A stretch of DNA of 64,000 bases, taken from assembly GCA_963707435.1 (NCBI GenBank), contig CAVPPF010000001.1:35016-99015 (forward strand), written 5' to 3'. The number at the start of each line of letters is the position of its first letter. The stretch's first letter is position 1. Of the stretch, positions 53,227 through 63,155 are shown in pieces. The DNA is from an uncultured Actinomycetota bacterium. Lineage in GTDB: Bacteria; Actinomycetota; Acidimicrobiia; Spongiisociales; UBA4744. The translations under genes were made by a program, and so were the position numbers. The notes under the pieces were generated by a model. That model was not told where the DNA came from, did not search any database, and saw nothing but the letters and a program-made list of their open reading frames with translations.

Positions 53227-54015
53227 TCAGTTCTCCTGTGTCCATTGGAGTCTTGCACTGGCGACCAGCGGCTCGCCGGGTTTCACGATGAAGGGATCGT
53301 GGTTCAGGGTGTCCGGAGGTGCCGTCTGCGGTTCGATGCACAGCGCATGATCTCGTTCGTCGTACACAACCCACCACGGGGAGTCCGCCGCCAGGCTGAG
53401 GCGAACGTAGCCGGGCCATTGCAGTGTCGGGGCTGCTTCCACCCCCCCGAAGCAGTCGTCCCAGGGTCCCTCCGGTACCGTGGCCGGCTCCCGCGTGGCG
53501 ATGCCATGCTCGTCGCGGCGGAGCATGAATCCCGGCCGGAAGTCGAGTTGTGCCCGGGCGCCGGCGATGTGTCGGCGAAACCACGGATGCCAGCCGCACG
53601 AAGCCGGCATGGGGCCCTCCGTGGTATGCACCTCGAGGCGTAGCTCGACCGAGTGGTCGCTCAGCCGGATCTCGTGGCGGACATACCCCGGAAACGGCCA
53701 CGACGGCCCGAGATCGGTCACGAAGGTGGTATCTCCATCCTGCTCCCACTCCCGGAGATAGACCGTTCCATGGAGGGCATGGCCGTCGTCTTCGCGGGGC
53801 AGCTCGTACCGTTCACCCTGGAAGTTAAACCGGCCGTCGCGAACCCGGCCGGCGTACGGTGCCATCGGGTAGAAGCCCCACTCGACCGGCGATCGCCCGG
53901 CGGTGACCAGGAGTTCATGTCCGCCGACCCGCAGAGAGGCGAGGCGGCCCCCCGCATCGAGGTCGACGATCAGGTCGGCGTCCGCCGACGACATTCTGAC
54001 CCGTCTGGCCGTCAT
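53227..54015 (-). CDS. Aldose 1-epimerase family protein
   Basis: GGRLASLRVGGHELL...YPMAPYAGRVRDGRFNFQGERYELP...HALHGTV...CIEPQT. The start may be ATG 53994. Confidence 0.75.
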   Translation of the reverse strand: MTARRVRMSSADADLIVDLDAGGRLASLRVGGHELLVTAGRSPVEWGFYPMAPYAGRVRDGRFNFQGERYELPREDDGHALHGTVYLREWEQDGDTTFVTDLGPSWPFPGYVRHEIRLSDHSVELRLEVHTTEGPMPASCGWHPWFRRHIAGARAQLDFRPGFMLRRDEHGIATREPATVPEGPWDDCFGGVEAAPTLQWPGYVRLSLAADSPWWVVYDERDHALCIEPQTAPPDTLNHDPFIVKPGEPLVASARLQWTQEN

Positions 54016-54047
54016 AGAAGCAAGCTAGTGCCGCTAGCGTCCCCCGG

Positions 54048-55220
54048 ATGAAGAAGACGGTGGGTTTGGTGGCGGTGAGCGTCGCCGCGTTTGTCGCCCT
54101 CGGCATGCCCAAGTCGGCCTTCGGGATCGCCTGGCCGTCCGTGGCCGGGGACTTCGAAAGGCCGGTTGCCGATCTGGGCCTGGTCATCGCCGTCTACGTC
54201 GTCGGCTACTTTGTCGCCTCAGCGGCGACCGGCCGGCTGACCCGGCGGTTCTCGGTCGGCAGCCTGCTCATGGTTTCCTCCGCTCTGGCAACGATCAGTC
54301 TGCTCGGCTACACAACCGCACCGGGTTGGACGTGGCTGATGGCGGCGGTGCTCGGTTTGGGTCTCGCAGGCGGAATCATCGACGCCGCCGTAAATGCGGT
54401 CGTTGCACTGCATTTCGGGCCACGCACCATGGGAATGCTCCACGCCGGGTTCGGTATCGGTGCCACCCTCGGGCCCCTCATCCTGACGACCCTGATCGAA
54501 TCGGATGCCTCGTGGCGAATCGGGTTCGTCGTGCTGGCCGTAGCGCAGGGGATCCTCGCCCTGATCTACGTCAGGACCCGTGCCGAGTGGAGCGTCACCG
54601 TTGATCTCGCCGACGGTTCGTCCGCTGCCCGGCCTGCCAGGAGGGGCTTGCTCTGGGGTGCCTTGATCATGTTTGCGCTGTACGCGGGAGTGGAGGTGGG
54701 TACCGGCCAGTGGGCGTACACGCTGTTGACCGAAGGCCGGGGCCTGTCGACCGCGGCGGCGGGCGGGGCGGTCACGGCCTTCTGGGCATCATTGACCGTG
54801 GCCAGATTGGTGCTGGGAGCGGTCGGTCACCGGGTATCGATCCATCGAATCCTGTTGGTCGGCTCGTTCGGGGTGCTTGCCGGGGCGACCGCGCTGTGGC
54901 TGAACCCGGCACCGTGGGCTGGTCCGGCCGGCATGGTCGTCATGGGTTTTGCGCTCGGGCCGATCTTTCCGCTGCAAACGACGCTCACCCCGACCAGGGT
55001 GGGTGCTGCCTTCACGCCGACGGCCGTGGGATATCAGCTGGCGGCCGCCACCGTGGGCGCCGCCGTGATTCCGGGTGGCCTGGGCATCCTGGTCGCCCGG
55101 CTCGGACTCGAGGTGGTCGGGTCGGTGTTGATGGCAGCGGCAGTGGTCCTGGCCGTTTCGATCGAAATCCTGCGACGGCTGAGCGTCCCCCAATCCACCC
55201 GGCGGGCAACTACTCGGTGA
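54048..55220 (+). CDS. MFS transporter
   Basis: 390 aa with about 12 hydrophobic segments. GRLTRRFSVG resembles the MFS loop 2-3 motif. Confidence 0.82.
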   Translation: MKKTVGLVAVSVAAFVALGMPKSAFGIAWPSVAGDFERPVADLGLVIAVYVVGYFVASAATGRLTRRFSVGSLLMVSSALATISLLGYTTAPGWTWLMAAVLGLGLAGGIIDAAVNAVVALHFGPRTMGMLHAGFGIGATLGPLILTTLIESDASWRIGFVVLAVAQGILALIYVRTRAEWSVTVDLADGSSAARPARRGLLWGALIMFALYAGVEVGTGQWAYTLLTEGRGLSTAAAGGAVTAFWASLTVARLVLGAVGHRVSIHRILLVGSFGVLAGATALWLNPAPWAGPAGMVVMGFALGPIFPLQTTLTPTRVGAAFTPTAVGYQLAAATVGAAVIPGGLGILVARLGLEVVGSVLMAAAVVLAVSIEILRRLSVPQSTRRATTR

Positions 55221-55620
55221 CGAGTCCTGCGCCGATTCTGGCCAGGGCAACATCCTCATGCTCCTGCAAGCCGCTGACGCCGACTGCCCCGACGGTGTGC
55301 CCGTCGACCACAATGGGCACGCCGCCACCCCAGGTGACGTAGCGGAGATCGCCGAAGTTGGTCATGGGGAAACCTTCCTCCTGAGATCGCCTGCCGAGCT
55401 CACCGCTCTCTAACTGCTCCCGTGCGGCAGTGTGTGCCTTGTTCATGGCTATCTGAATGGAGGGCAGGCGGCACCCATCCGTCCGGAGGAACGCCACAAG
55501 CTCTCCGTGCGGGTCGACGACGGCGACTGCTGCGCCTTTCCCCTGAGTTTCGAGCTTGGTCCGGAGGGTGTCGATGATCCGGGCTGCATCGTGATGCGAC
55601 AGGCTCCGGGGAGGGTTCAC
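55210..55620 (-). CDS. GlcG/HbpS-like (DUF336) heme-binding protein
   Basis: AVAVVDPHGELVAFLRTDG...SIQIAMNKAHTAA...GGVPIVVDGHTVGAVGVSG. GTG start overlapping the upstream stop. Confidence 0.82.
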   Translation of the reverse strand: MNPPRSLSHHDAARIIDTLRTKLETQGKGAAVAVVDPHGELVAFLRTDGCRLPSIQIAMNKAHTAAREQLESGELGRRSQEEGFPMTNFGDLRYVTWGGGVPIVVDGHTVGAVGVSGLQEHEDVALARIGAGLVTE

Positions 55621-56765
55621 GTGACCTCCGAGAGCTTGACCGGGGTTCGCTCACGAGCCGAGATGACGGCTGCCTCCATCACTCGCTGCGTGACGTACGC
55701 GTCGGCGAAATCGGGGACGGGTACGAGCGGCTCTGTTCCGTTGAGTGCGACCACAATGTCGGCTGCCTGGTTGGCGAAGGTGTGCTCGTAGCCAAGCCAG
55801 TGTCCGTCCGGCCACCAGCTCGAGGCATACGGGTGCTGCTCGTGCATGGTTTGTATCGTCCGCCATCCCTGCATGCGGGGTGATTCGGTCCGATCGAAGA
55901 ACTCGAGTTCGTTCATCCGTTCGAAGTTGAAACGCAGCGCTCCCAACTCGCCGTGGATCTCGATGCGATTGGAGTTCTTGACTCCCGTTGCCAAACGGGT
56001 GGATTCAAACGAGGCGATGGCTCCGCGCCGGAACCTGGCGAGGAACAGGACTGCGTCATCCACCGAACTCCGTCCTTTCCTGGCTGGATCGTCGGGAAGC
56101 GGACGCTGCTTGATGAATCGCTCTTCGATCGCGCCCGTGACTTCGCTGATCTCATCGCCCGTCACGAACCTCGCCATATCGATGATGTGGGCCATGAGAT
56201 CGCCGAGAGAGCCCGACCCGGATGTGGCCTTCTGAAACCGCCAGTTGAGTGGAGTGTCGGGTCCTCCCCAGCTCTGCAGGTAGGCCGCCCGGACGTGATA
56301 GATGCGCCCGAGGCGCCCCTCGCCCACCAGCTGATGAGCGAGTGCCACCGCCGGAGCCCGGCGGTAGTTGAACCACACGAAGGAGGGGGCGTTCGTCCGG
56401 TTGGCGGCATCCCGCATTTCCCTTGCATCCTGCAAGGTGCCCGCCAGAGGTTTCTCGCAGGCGACGGCCGCTCCGGCCTCCAGGGCGGCAACGGCCTGCT
56501 CACGGTGGAGGTGATTGGGGGTTCCGATGTCGACGAGGTCGACGGCCGGGTCCGCGACCACCCTCCGCCAGTCGGTCGTCCAGGTGGCCCATCCCCACCG
56601 GCCCGCAAAGCGTTCGAGATACTCGGCGTCCCGAGCGGCAACCGTATGCAGGACCGGCCGCTGCGGGAGATCGAAGAAGTGGCCGGCCTGGAGCCAAGCA
56701 TTGGAGTGGGCCTTGCCCATGAACTTCGAACCGAACAGGGCGATATTGAGCGTCGGGGTGGTCAT
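55617..56765 (-). CDS. Gfo/Idh/MocA family oxidoreductase
   Basis: ATG at 56765 gives MTTPTLNIALFGSKFMGKAHSNAW..., with AVACEKPLAG. The track's 481-aa version is over-extended. Confidence 0.85.
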   Translation of the reverse strand: MTTPTLNIALFGSKFMGKAHSNAWLQAGHFFDLPQRPVLHTVAARDAEYLERFAGRWGWATWTTDWRRVVADPAVDLVDIGTPNHLHREQAVAALEAGAAVACEKPLAGTLQDAREMRDAANRTNAPSFVWFNYRRAPAVALAHQLVGEGRLGRIYHVRAAYLQSWGGPDTPLNWRFQKATSGSGSLGDLMAHIIDMARFVTGDEISEVTGAIEERFIKQRPLPDDPARKGRSSVDDAVLFLARFRRGAIASFESTRLATGVKNSNRIEIHGELGALRFNFERMNELEFFDRTESPRMQGWRTIQTMHEQHPYASSWWPDGHWLGYEHTFANQAADIVVALNGTEPLVPVPDFADAYVTQRVMEAAVISARERTPVKLSEVT

Positions 56766-56872
56766 GCATCCGAGGTTATCGGACTCGAAGGATCCCCGGG
56801 CCGAACCTGAACAAACTCGAAACATCGTGGATCGCCATTGAGTTCGCCGGCGAGGTTCGTAACCTGGTCGAT

Positions 56873-57571
56873 GTGAGTGCCGCACCTCATCCGGTTGGGA
56901 GAGTGCTCGTCGTCGACGACGAGCCGATGGTGCGCGAAGTGGTAACCCGCTACCTGGAACGGGATGGGTTCCGCGTCGATGCAACCGGTGACGGCCGCGC
57001 TGCACTCGAGCTGGCGCAGGCCCGCCCGCCCGACCTCTTGATCCTCGACGTGATGCTGCCATCCAAAGACGGTTTCAGTGTCTTGCAGGAGCTCCGGAAG
57101 ACGAGTTCTGTCCCGGTCATCCTGCTGACGGCACGAGCCGACGAGACGGATCGCGTGCTGGGGCTCGAACTGGGCGCCGACGACTACGTGGTCAAGCCGT
57201 TCTCCCCGCGTGAGCTGGCCGCCCGCGTACGATCGGTGCTGCGCCGTTCCAAACCGGAGGCACCGGGCACCCGCCTGGAGTTCGACGGGCTCGTCATCGA
57301 CCCCAGAACCAGGGAGGTCACCGTTGGCGAGCGGGTGGCGGATCTGACCCCGCGGGAGTTCGACGTGCTTGCTTTCCTCGCTGCCCATCCCCGGCAAGTC
57401 TTTTCGCGAGGTCAGCTCCTCCAGCAAGTCTGGGACTCGTCGGCAGAGTGGCAAGATCCGGCCACGGTCACGGTGCACATGCGGCGACTGCGAACCAAGC
57501 TCGAGTCCGATCCACAGAATCCGCGCTGGCTCCTGACCGTGTGGGGTGTCGGCTACCGGTTTGAGCCGTGA
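56873..57571 (+). CDS. OmpR-family response regulator
   Basis: RVLVVDDEPMVRE...DLLILDVMLP...ILLTARADE...GADDYVVKPF is the receiver domain. LTPREFDVLAFLA...TVWGVGYRF is the winged helix. Confidence 0.93.
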   Translation: MSAAPHPVGRVLVVDDEPMVREVVTRYLERDGFRVDATGDGRAALELAQARPPDLLILDVMLPSKDGFSVLQELRKTSSVPVILLTARADETDRVLGLELGADDYVVKPFSPRELAARVRSVLRRSKPEAPGTRLEFDGLVIDPRTREVTVGERVADLTPREFDVLAFLAAHPRQVFSRGQLLQQVWDSSAEWQDPATVTVHMRRLRTKLESDPQNPRWLLTVWGVGYRFEP

Positions 57572-58749
57572 GATTCATCATCGTGCTCATTGCGGTGGTC
57601 GTTGCGGCGCTGGCGGTGACCGAGTTGACGATGCAGCCCTCTGCGGCAGACCGCAGCGCCCTCCTGGTGATCTTCGGGTCGATCGCAGGAGCAACCGGCC
57701 TGGCCGGCTGGCTCCTGCCGAGGGTGACGTCTCGATTCCGCACCTTGCGGCATACCGTGCTGCTGGTCTCCATGGCAGCAGTGGCGGTGGTGGCTATCGC
57801 GGTCGCCGTGTCGGCGCAGCTGATGTTCCTCTCGTCTCACGATCTGCGGCTCGTGGTGGTTGCGGTGGGGCTGGGCGTCGTCCTCGGCGCGCTCCTGGCG
57901 GCAACGATCTCGCGTCCGCTGGCTGCCGATCTCGAACGCCTGGCGGGAACGGCTCGAAGCGTCGGCGAGGGTGATCTGTCGGCCCGCGCCGGCCTCCATC
58001 GCCCCGACGAGGTGGGGACGGTTGCCGTCGCCATGGATGGGATGATCGATGCCCTGCGAGCGTCGGACCTCGAGCGGGAACAGATCGAGGCGGCCCGCCG
58101 GACTTTCCTGGCCGCCATCGGCCACGACCTGCGAACCCCGTTGACGTCGATGAAAGCAACCATCGAAGCTCTCCAGGACGGTGTGGCGGAAGAACCCGAG
58201 CGCTACTTGCGCTCGATGCTTGCCGATCTCGACCTTCTGTCGGGTCTCGTCGAAGACCTCTTTCTCCTGGCCCAGATCGAGGCAGGCAAGCTCGAACTCC
58301 ATCCGGAACCCATCGATCTGGCAGATCTGGCGGACGAAGCAGTCGAGGCGATGACCCCGGTGGCCCGCCGCCGGGGAGTTGATATCGACATCAACGCCGA
58401 CCATCACATCACGGTGCTGGCCGGCGAGCGTGAGTTGGGCAGGGTGATCCGAAACCTCCTCGACAATGCCATTCGCTATGCGCCTGCCTCGTCGCGCGTG
58501 CAGGTGGAAGTAGGCAATGGCCCCTATGAGGCGACCGTGCGCATCGTCGACGAGGGCCCCGGCTTTCCCGACGGCGTGGACGTGTTTGAGAGTTTCGCCA
58601 AGGGTGACGCGGCCCGTACCCGGACCCACGGTGGAGCAGGACTGGGGATGGCAATAGCCAAGGGTCTCGTGGAAGCACACGGCGGGTCGATCGCCATCGA
58701 AGCCGGTCCCGGCGGCCGTGTGGCCTTTCGCCTGCCGTTGGCTCCATGA
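57568..58749 (+). CDS. Sensor histidine kinase (2 TM, HAMP, HisKA, HATPase_c)
   Basis: H-box FLAAIGHDLRTPLTS, N-box IRNLLDNAIRYA, and G-boxes DEGPGFP and GGAGLGMAIAKGLVEAHGG. The GTG overlaps the regulator's TGA. Confidence 0.92.
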   Translation: MRFIIVLIAVVVAALAVTELTMQPSAADRSALLVIFGSIAGATGLAGWLLPRVTSRFRTLRHTVLLVSMAAVAVVAIAVAVSAQLMFLSSHDLRLVVVAVGLGVVLGALLAATISRPLAADLERLAGTARSVGEGDLSARAGLHRPDEVGTVAVAMDGMIDALRASDLEREQIEAARRTFLAAIGHDLRTPLTSMKATIEALQDGVAEEPERYLRSMLADLDLLSGLVEDLFLLAQIEAGKLELHPEPIDLADLADEAVEAMTPVARRRGVDIDINADHHITVLAGERELGRVIRNLLDNAIRYAPASSRVQVEVGNGPYEATVRIVDEGPGFPDGVDVFESFAKGDAARTRTHGGAGLGMAIAKGLVEAHGGSIAIEAGPGGRVAFRLPLAP

Positions 58750-58837
58750 TCGCAAGCTCAAGAGAAGTCCAGATCTTGGACGCTGGTGCTCTTTCAGAAA
58801 CCCGGAACCCGGCGGTCGGTCCCAGCGTCTCATCTCC

Positions 58838-59704
58838 ATGAAGAAACTCATGCTCGCCCTCACGATTGTCCTGGCGGCCTGTGCGGCCGACGGCTCCGGT
58901 ACGGCCACTACGGCCGGCCTCCCGGACCCATCGACATCCCCACCGCTGATGGATCTCGAAACGTGGTGTGCCACCCAGACCCCGGACCGATGTGTCGAGG
59001 GTCTGGTGTACCTCGACTGGAACCCGGGACGCGAGAGCTGCGTTTTCACCGCTGTCGATGACACACAGCGGTTCTGGGAGCTGTGCGATGAAATCGGGCA
59101 GGAAGGGGAGCCGGCTACCACGATCCCCACTCCGCAATCGGAGGCTGAGCGGCAGGCCGAAGAGCAGAAATATCGGGACGAGGTGGTGCGGCGGATCCCG
59201 TTACTCGACGAGCGGGCGATTAGCTTGCTCACCGCGACCCACCCGGACGGGACGGTGACGGCCGGGCTCCTGTTCGCCGATCCCCTGGGCCTCGCGGACG
59301 CCGAGCAATTGGCCGCCGGGCACAGTGCGGTGCTGATTTCGGCGTGGCGGACCGACTACCTCTGCTTTCCGGGGCTCGAAGACTGGCCGGTCGATACCGC
59401 CAGCCGGTTCGCGTACCTGGACGGTGTCGAGCGAGCCCGGCAACTCCGGGAAGCGATGGAGAACAGCACCACGCCGGTGACCGGTGGCCAGATACCGCTG
59501 GATGCGTTCGCCGTCATGGAGCAGGAAGCGGTTGCCCTGCGAGAGCCGGGGGTGCTGATCGAGGCCGTTCAGGCCGGGGTTCCCGTCGCTTCCCTCGAGT
59601 CGGTGCGAGACGATCCGGCGGTGGTGAGGCTCCGTTTGGCCGACTTCCCGGTCGAGTGGCTCGACCTGGGCGATCCTCCCGTTCCAACGTGCGACGGTGG
59701 CTGA
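58838..59704 (+). CDS. Hypothetical lipoprotein
   Basis: ATG at 58838 gives MKKLMLALTIVLAACAADG (lipobox LAAC). No family recognised. It follows the two-component genes. Confidence 0.6.
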   Translation: MKKLMLALTIVLAACAADGSGTATTAGLPDPSTSPPLMDLETWCATQTPDRCVEGLVYLDWNPGRESCVFTAVDDTQRFWELCDEIGQEGEPATTIPTPQSEAERQAEEQKYRDEVVRRIPLLDERAISLLTATHPDGTVTAGLLFADPLGLADAEQLAAGHSAVLISAWRTDYLCFPGLEDWPVDTASRFAYLDGVERARQLREAMENSTTPVTGGQIPLDAFAVMEQEAVALREPGVLIEAVQAGVPVASLESVRDDPAVVRLRLADFPVEWLDLGDPPVPTCDGG

Positions 59705-59819
59705 GGACCAACCCGGTACGGCCCCGACGATCGGCGCCGGCCGCTGTCTGGTTCTGTCCTTGGTTGAAGTGGTGGTCCCGCCCCGTCTGTTTGAGGGAGG
59801 CTGGTCGGGAGGGCCACGC

Positions 59820-59849
59820 ACGAGGGGGCCCGATCAAGGGCCCCCTCGT
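59820..59849. terminator. Hairpin between convergent genes (12-bp GC-rich stem, 6-nt loop)
   Basis: ACGAGGGGGCCC gatcaa GGGCCCCCTCGT. It lies 5 nt from the SRPBCC gene stop. No U-tract follows. Confidence 0.5.
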
Positions 59850-59854
59850 ACGGT

Positions 59855-60319
59855 TCAGTCGGGGATTCCCATCTCGAAGATTGCCTCGAGGTTGTCCAGG
59901 GTCCGCTTCAGGTCCTTCTCGAGAGCTCTTGGGAGCAGGGTGCCGTCGATCAGGCGTCCCATGAAGCTGGTGGCCCCCTCGGTTTCGAGAACGACGCGAA
60001 GGATGAAGTGATCGGCGAGTTCCGTGTAGTGCCATTCCTGAGTGACATCGGGGAGCGGTGGGACCTTGGCGACCAGCTTCACCATCACGCCCTCGTCGCG
60101 CTCCTCGAGCACGGCAACACCTTCGATGATCCGTCCGAGGAGCCGGTAGGCGAACGCGACGGTGTCGCCCACGTTGTCCCAGGCGCCGTTGTCCGGGTCC
60201 ACGATGTGATCAAAGCCCGCGTAGTAATCCGGCCAGCGCCGGAAGTCGTTGACGTAGTCCCAGCCCTTCTTGAGTTCCACGGGCATGGTGCGAGTCTCTT
60301 CAAACCGCATGTGTTTCAC
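59855..60319 (-). CDS. SRPBCC (START/polyketide cyclase-like) superfamily protein
   Basis: 154 aa. The DYVNDFRRWPDYYAGF pattern and overall size are typical of the family. Confidence 0.65.
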   Translation of the reverse strand: MKHMRFEETRTMPVELKKGWDYVNDFRRWPDYYAGFDHIVDPDNGAWDNVGDTVAFAYRLLGRIIEGVAVLEERDEGVMVKLVAKVPPLPDVTQEWHYTELADHFILRVVLETEGATSFMGRLIDGTLLPRALEKDLKRTLDNLEAIFEMGIPD

Positions 60320-60398
60320 CTCCTTCGGGAGTCGGAATGGCGCCCCGCCGGTGGTGAGCGATGGGGCGCATGACCCCAGTCTTCAAGGTACGCCGAAA

Positions 60399-60426
60399 GG
60401 TGGTTCGTGCCTAGGTGGTTCGTACC
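60399..60426. promoter_or_regulatory. Direct repeat GGTGGTTCGT(G/A)CC x 2 upstream of azlC
   Basis: Copies at 60399-60411 and 60414-60426, with 12 of 13 positions identical. They lie 67-95 nt upstream of the probable azlC ATG. Confidence 0.35.
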
Positions 60427-60492
60427 GGGGGAATCCGGTGTGCAACCTCCTACCATCGCGACGTGGTCGATGGTCCCTCTTTTCGGCGAGGT

Positions 60493-61131
60493 ATGCGCGA
60501 CGGGTTCCCGGTGTTCCTGGCGGTCGGGGTGTTCGGGATAGCCTTTGGCGTCCTGGCGGTTCAAGCCGGCTTGCCCCCGTGGCTGGCCGTCACGTCTTCC
60601 GTCGTGATCGTGTCGGGTGCGGCCCAATTCGCGCTCGTGGGGTTGCTGGCATCGGGTCCCGGCCCGGTTTTGGTCGCCACGACCGGACTTGCTCTGCGGC
60701 ATCTGCCGATGTCGGCAAAGCTGGCGGACCTCATCAAGGGCCGCTCGCTGCGGACGAGGGTGAGTCTCGCCTGGGTGCTGACGGATGAGACGTTCGGGCT
60801 CACCCTCCGGGCGTCACAAGCCGGGGTCGGTGATCTGGCTTCCTACAAGGCCGCCGCGGATGTGATGCTCTACTCGGCCTGGGTGGCAGGAACCGCACTC
60901 GGTGCCTTCGTCGGACAAGCCGTCGACCCGGCCGCTCTCGGCATCGACGTGCTCTTTGCGTTGCTGTTCCTGGGCCTGGCGGCTCCCCTGATCCGGACCC
61001 GGCGGGACTGGATCGTGGTGGGTCTGGCAGCCACGTTTGCTGTGCTGGCGACGCTCGTGCTCCCCGAAGCCTGGCGTATCACCGGAGCGGCTACCGCCGC
61101 CGCCCTCGTTGGGACGGCCGTTCGTGATTAG
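60493..61131 (+). CDS. azlC: AzlC family branched-chain amino acid exporter subunit
   Basis: FPVFLAVGVFGIAFGVLAVQAGL...SGAAQFALVGLL is typical of AzlC. The track start 60415 is possible. Confidence 0.8.
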   Translation: MRDGFPVFLAVGVFGIAFGVLAVQAGLPPWLAVTSSVVIVSGAAQFALVGLLASGPGPVLVATTGLALRHLPMSAKLADLIKGRSLRTRVSLAWVLTDETFGLTLRASQAGVGDLASYKAAADVMLYSAWVAGTALGAFVGQAVDPAALGIDVLFALLFLGLAAPLIRTRRDWIVVGLAATFAVLATLVLPEAWRITGAATAAALVGTAVRD

Positions 61132-61435
61132 CAACCTGACCCTGATTCTGCTGGTAGCGGTGATCACCTTCGGGAGCAGGGTCATCTTCCTTGCCCGCCG
61201 CCGCCCGGTTCCCGAGGGGATGGTCGGCCGGTTTCTCGAGGTCTTCCCGCTGGCGCTGTTCATCGCTCTGGCTGCCGGCGGGCTCATCGCCCCGGAGGGC
61301 ACGCCGGCAGCCACGCCCGCGCTGGGGGGAGCCGCCGGAGGGGTCATCGGCGCCGCAGCATTTCGAAGGTCGCTGGTGGGGACCATCGTCCTGGGCGCAG
61401 CCGGGTACTGGCTGACCAGGCTCCTGGTGGGATGA
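61124..61435 (+). CDS. azlD: AzlD family small membrane protein
   Basis: GTG at 61124 overlaps the azlC TAG. LTLILLVAVITFGSRVIFL... About 100 aa and hydrophobic. Confidence 0.75.
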   Translation: MISNLTLILLVAVITFGSRVIFLARRRPVPEGMVGRFLEVFPLALFIALAAGGLIAPEGTPAATPALGGAAGGVIGAAAFRRSLVGTIVLGAAGYWLTRLLVG

Positions 61436-61494
61436 GCGTTCCGTCGAAGACGACCGGTCGGTGCCGGTTGCGTCGCGTGCTGCGCCTCGTACCT

Positions 61495-62604
61495 CTACTC
61501 CTGCAGATACTCGACGATCCTGGCCTCTTCTGAGTCGCCGGCGTTGACGAAGTCGACCACGAAGCCTCGCGATTCTTCGTCGAGATACTGCACCGGAGGG
61601 CTCTTCATGAAATATGCTGAGGGCCCGGGAAGCGGCCCACCCATGCCTCGATCTCTGGCGATCTGCACCGTCCGGATAGCGTCGATCACGACTCCTGCGG
61701 AGTTGGGTGAGTCCCAGACCTCGAGCTTCAATTCGATATTGAGAGGCAGATCTCCGAAGGATCTTCCTTCAAGGCGGATGTAGGCCCACTTGCGGTCGGA
61801 CAACCAGGAAACAAAATCGGATGGTCCGATATGGACGTTGCCGTTCCCCAGGTCATAGGGGAGTTGTGAGGTCACCGACTGCGTCTTCGAGATCTTCTTC
61901 GAGTCGAGTCGTTCGGGCTCCAGCATGTTCTTGAAGTCCATGTTGCCGCCCACGTTGAGCTGCATCGTGCGTTCCAGGTCGACGCCACGTTCCTCGAACA
62001 AACGGACCAGGGCCCGGTGGACGATCGTCGCCCCCACCTGGGACTTTATGTCATCGCCAATCAGGGGAACTCCGGCGGCCCGGAATCTTGCCGCCCACGA
62101 TGGATCAGAGGCAATGAAAACTGGTATGCAGTTGACGAAGCCGACGCCCGCCTCCAGGGCCGCTTCGGCGTAGAACCGTGTGGCGGCTTCGGACCCGACC
62201 GGCAGGTAGTTGAGGAGAACATCGACCCGGGCCTCCTGGAGGGCCGCTACCACGTCGACCGGCTCTGCCGGTGATTCCTCCACCGAGGTCCGGTAGTGCG
62301 TGCCCAGCCCATCGAGGGTCGGACCTCGCAACACCTCGGTGCCGAGATCGCCAACGTCGGCGAAGCGTACGGTGTTGTTGGGGCCGGCCCACATGGCTTT
62401 GGCGATATCCAATCCGACTTTGGCCGAGTCAACGTCGAAAGCCGCGACAAACCGCAGATCGCCGACGTGGTAGTCACCCATTTGGACGTTCATGAGTCCG
62501 GGAATCGAGTCGCCGGATCCTGCTGCGCGGTAGTAGTCGACACCTTGCACCAGCGAGTTGGCGCAATTGCCAACGCCTACGATGGCGACGCGTATCTCGC
62601 TCAA
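61495..62604 (-). CDS. ino1: myo-Inositol-1-phosphate synthase
   Basis: [22 protein letters not shown]..., [24 protein letters not shown] and [11 protein letters not shown]. Confidence 0.93.
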   Translation of the reverse strand: MSEIRVAIVGVGNCANSLVQGVDYYRAAGSGDSIPGLMNVQMGDYHVGDLRFVAAFDVDSAKVGLDIAKAMWAGPNNTVRFADVGDLGTEVLRGPTLDGLGTHYRTSVEESPAEPVDVVAALQEARVDVLLNYLPVGSEAATRFYAEAALEAGVGFVNCIPVFIASDPSWAARFRAAGVPLIGDDIKSQVGATIVHRALVRLFEERGVDLERTMQLNVGGNMDFKNMLEPERLDSKKISKTQSVTSQLPYDLGNGNVHIGPSDFVSWLSDRKWAYIRLEGRSFGDLPLNIELKLEVWDSPNSAGVVIDAIRTVQIARDRGMGGPLPGPSAYFMKSPPVQYLDEESRGFVVDFVNAGDSEEARIVEYLQE

Positions 62605-62762
62605 AGCTGTTCAACCTTTCGGGGACCCGGGCGGTGGTTGATCCGGGGGTCTCGACATTGGAATAGGTATCTTGCCCACGGGCGGGGGTTACGTCCACTC
62701 GCTTTTGACCTGGTGGGCGACACCCTCGACAATCCGCCCGGACACTCGAAAGGTAGATCTCC

Positions 62763-63155
62763 ATGGCCGACACACTCGTCACCATCCATTCCATCTGGCG
62801 CTGGCTCGTTCTGGTGGGCCTCGTCGTTGCGGTTGTCTACGGGTTCACCCGTTCGTCCGACGCCGCCCCACTCGACAAGAGCACCGCCAGGCCGTTCACG
62901 TTCGCGCTGGTCATGCTCGATGTGCAGGTTCTCATTGGTTTGCTGGTGTGGTTCGCCGTGGGTGGTTGGGACCTGAACGTGTTCCTGGCATGGATCCATC
63001 CGATCGGCATGCTCGGAGCCCTGGGCGTAGGCCATGCCCTGGTTGGCCGTGCCATCAGGTCGGGGGGATCGAGGGGCTACCGAGGTGCGGCGGTCGGCGT
63101 CCTCGCCGCGCTCGTCATCGTTTCGGCGTTGATTCCAACGGACGCATGGTTTTGA
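62763..63155 (+). CDS. Hypothetical membrane protein (about 4 TM helices)
   Basis: 130 aa and hydrophobic (WRWLVLVGLVVAVVYGF, FALVMLDVQVLIGLLVWF and others). Preferred over the overlapping track ORF 62672..63559, whose 5' half has no features. Confidence 0.55.
   Translation: MADTLVTIHSIWRWLVLVGLVVAVVYGFTRSSDAAPLDKSTARPFTFALVMLDVQVLIGLLVWFAVGGWDLNVFLAWIHPIGMLGALGVGHALVGRAIRSGGSRGYRGAAVGVLAALVIVSALIPTDAWF

Noticed and set aside
57553-59232. 559-aa minus-strand ORF
   Set aside because: It is antisense to the histidine kinase, which has H, N and G boxes, and to the lipoprotein gene.
56873-59704. Identity with MtrA-MtrB-LpqB
   Set aside because: The kinase (393 aa) and the lipoprotein (288 aa) are far shorter than MtrB and LpqB as I know them, so only the gene order is analogous.
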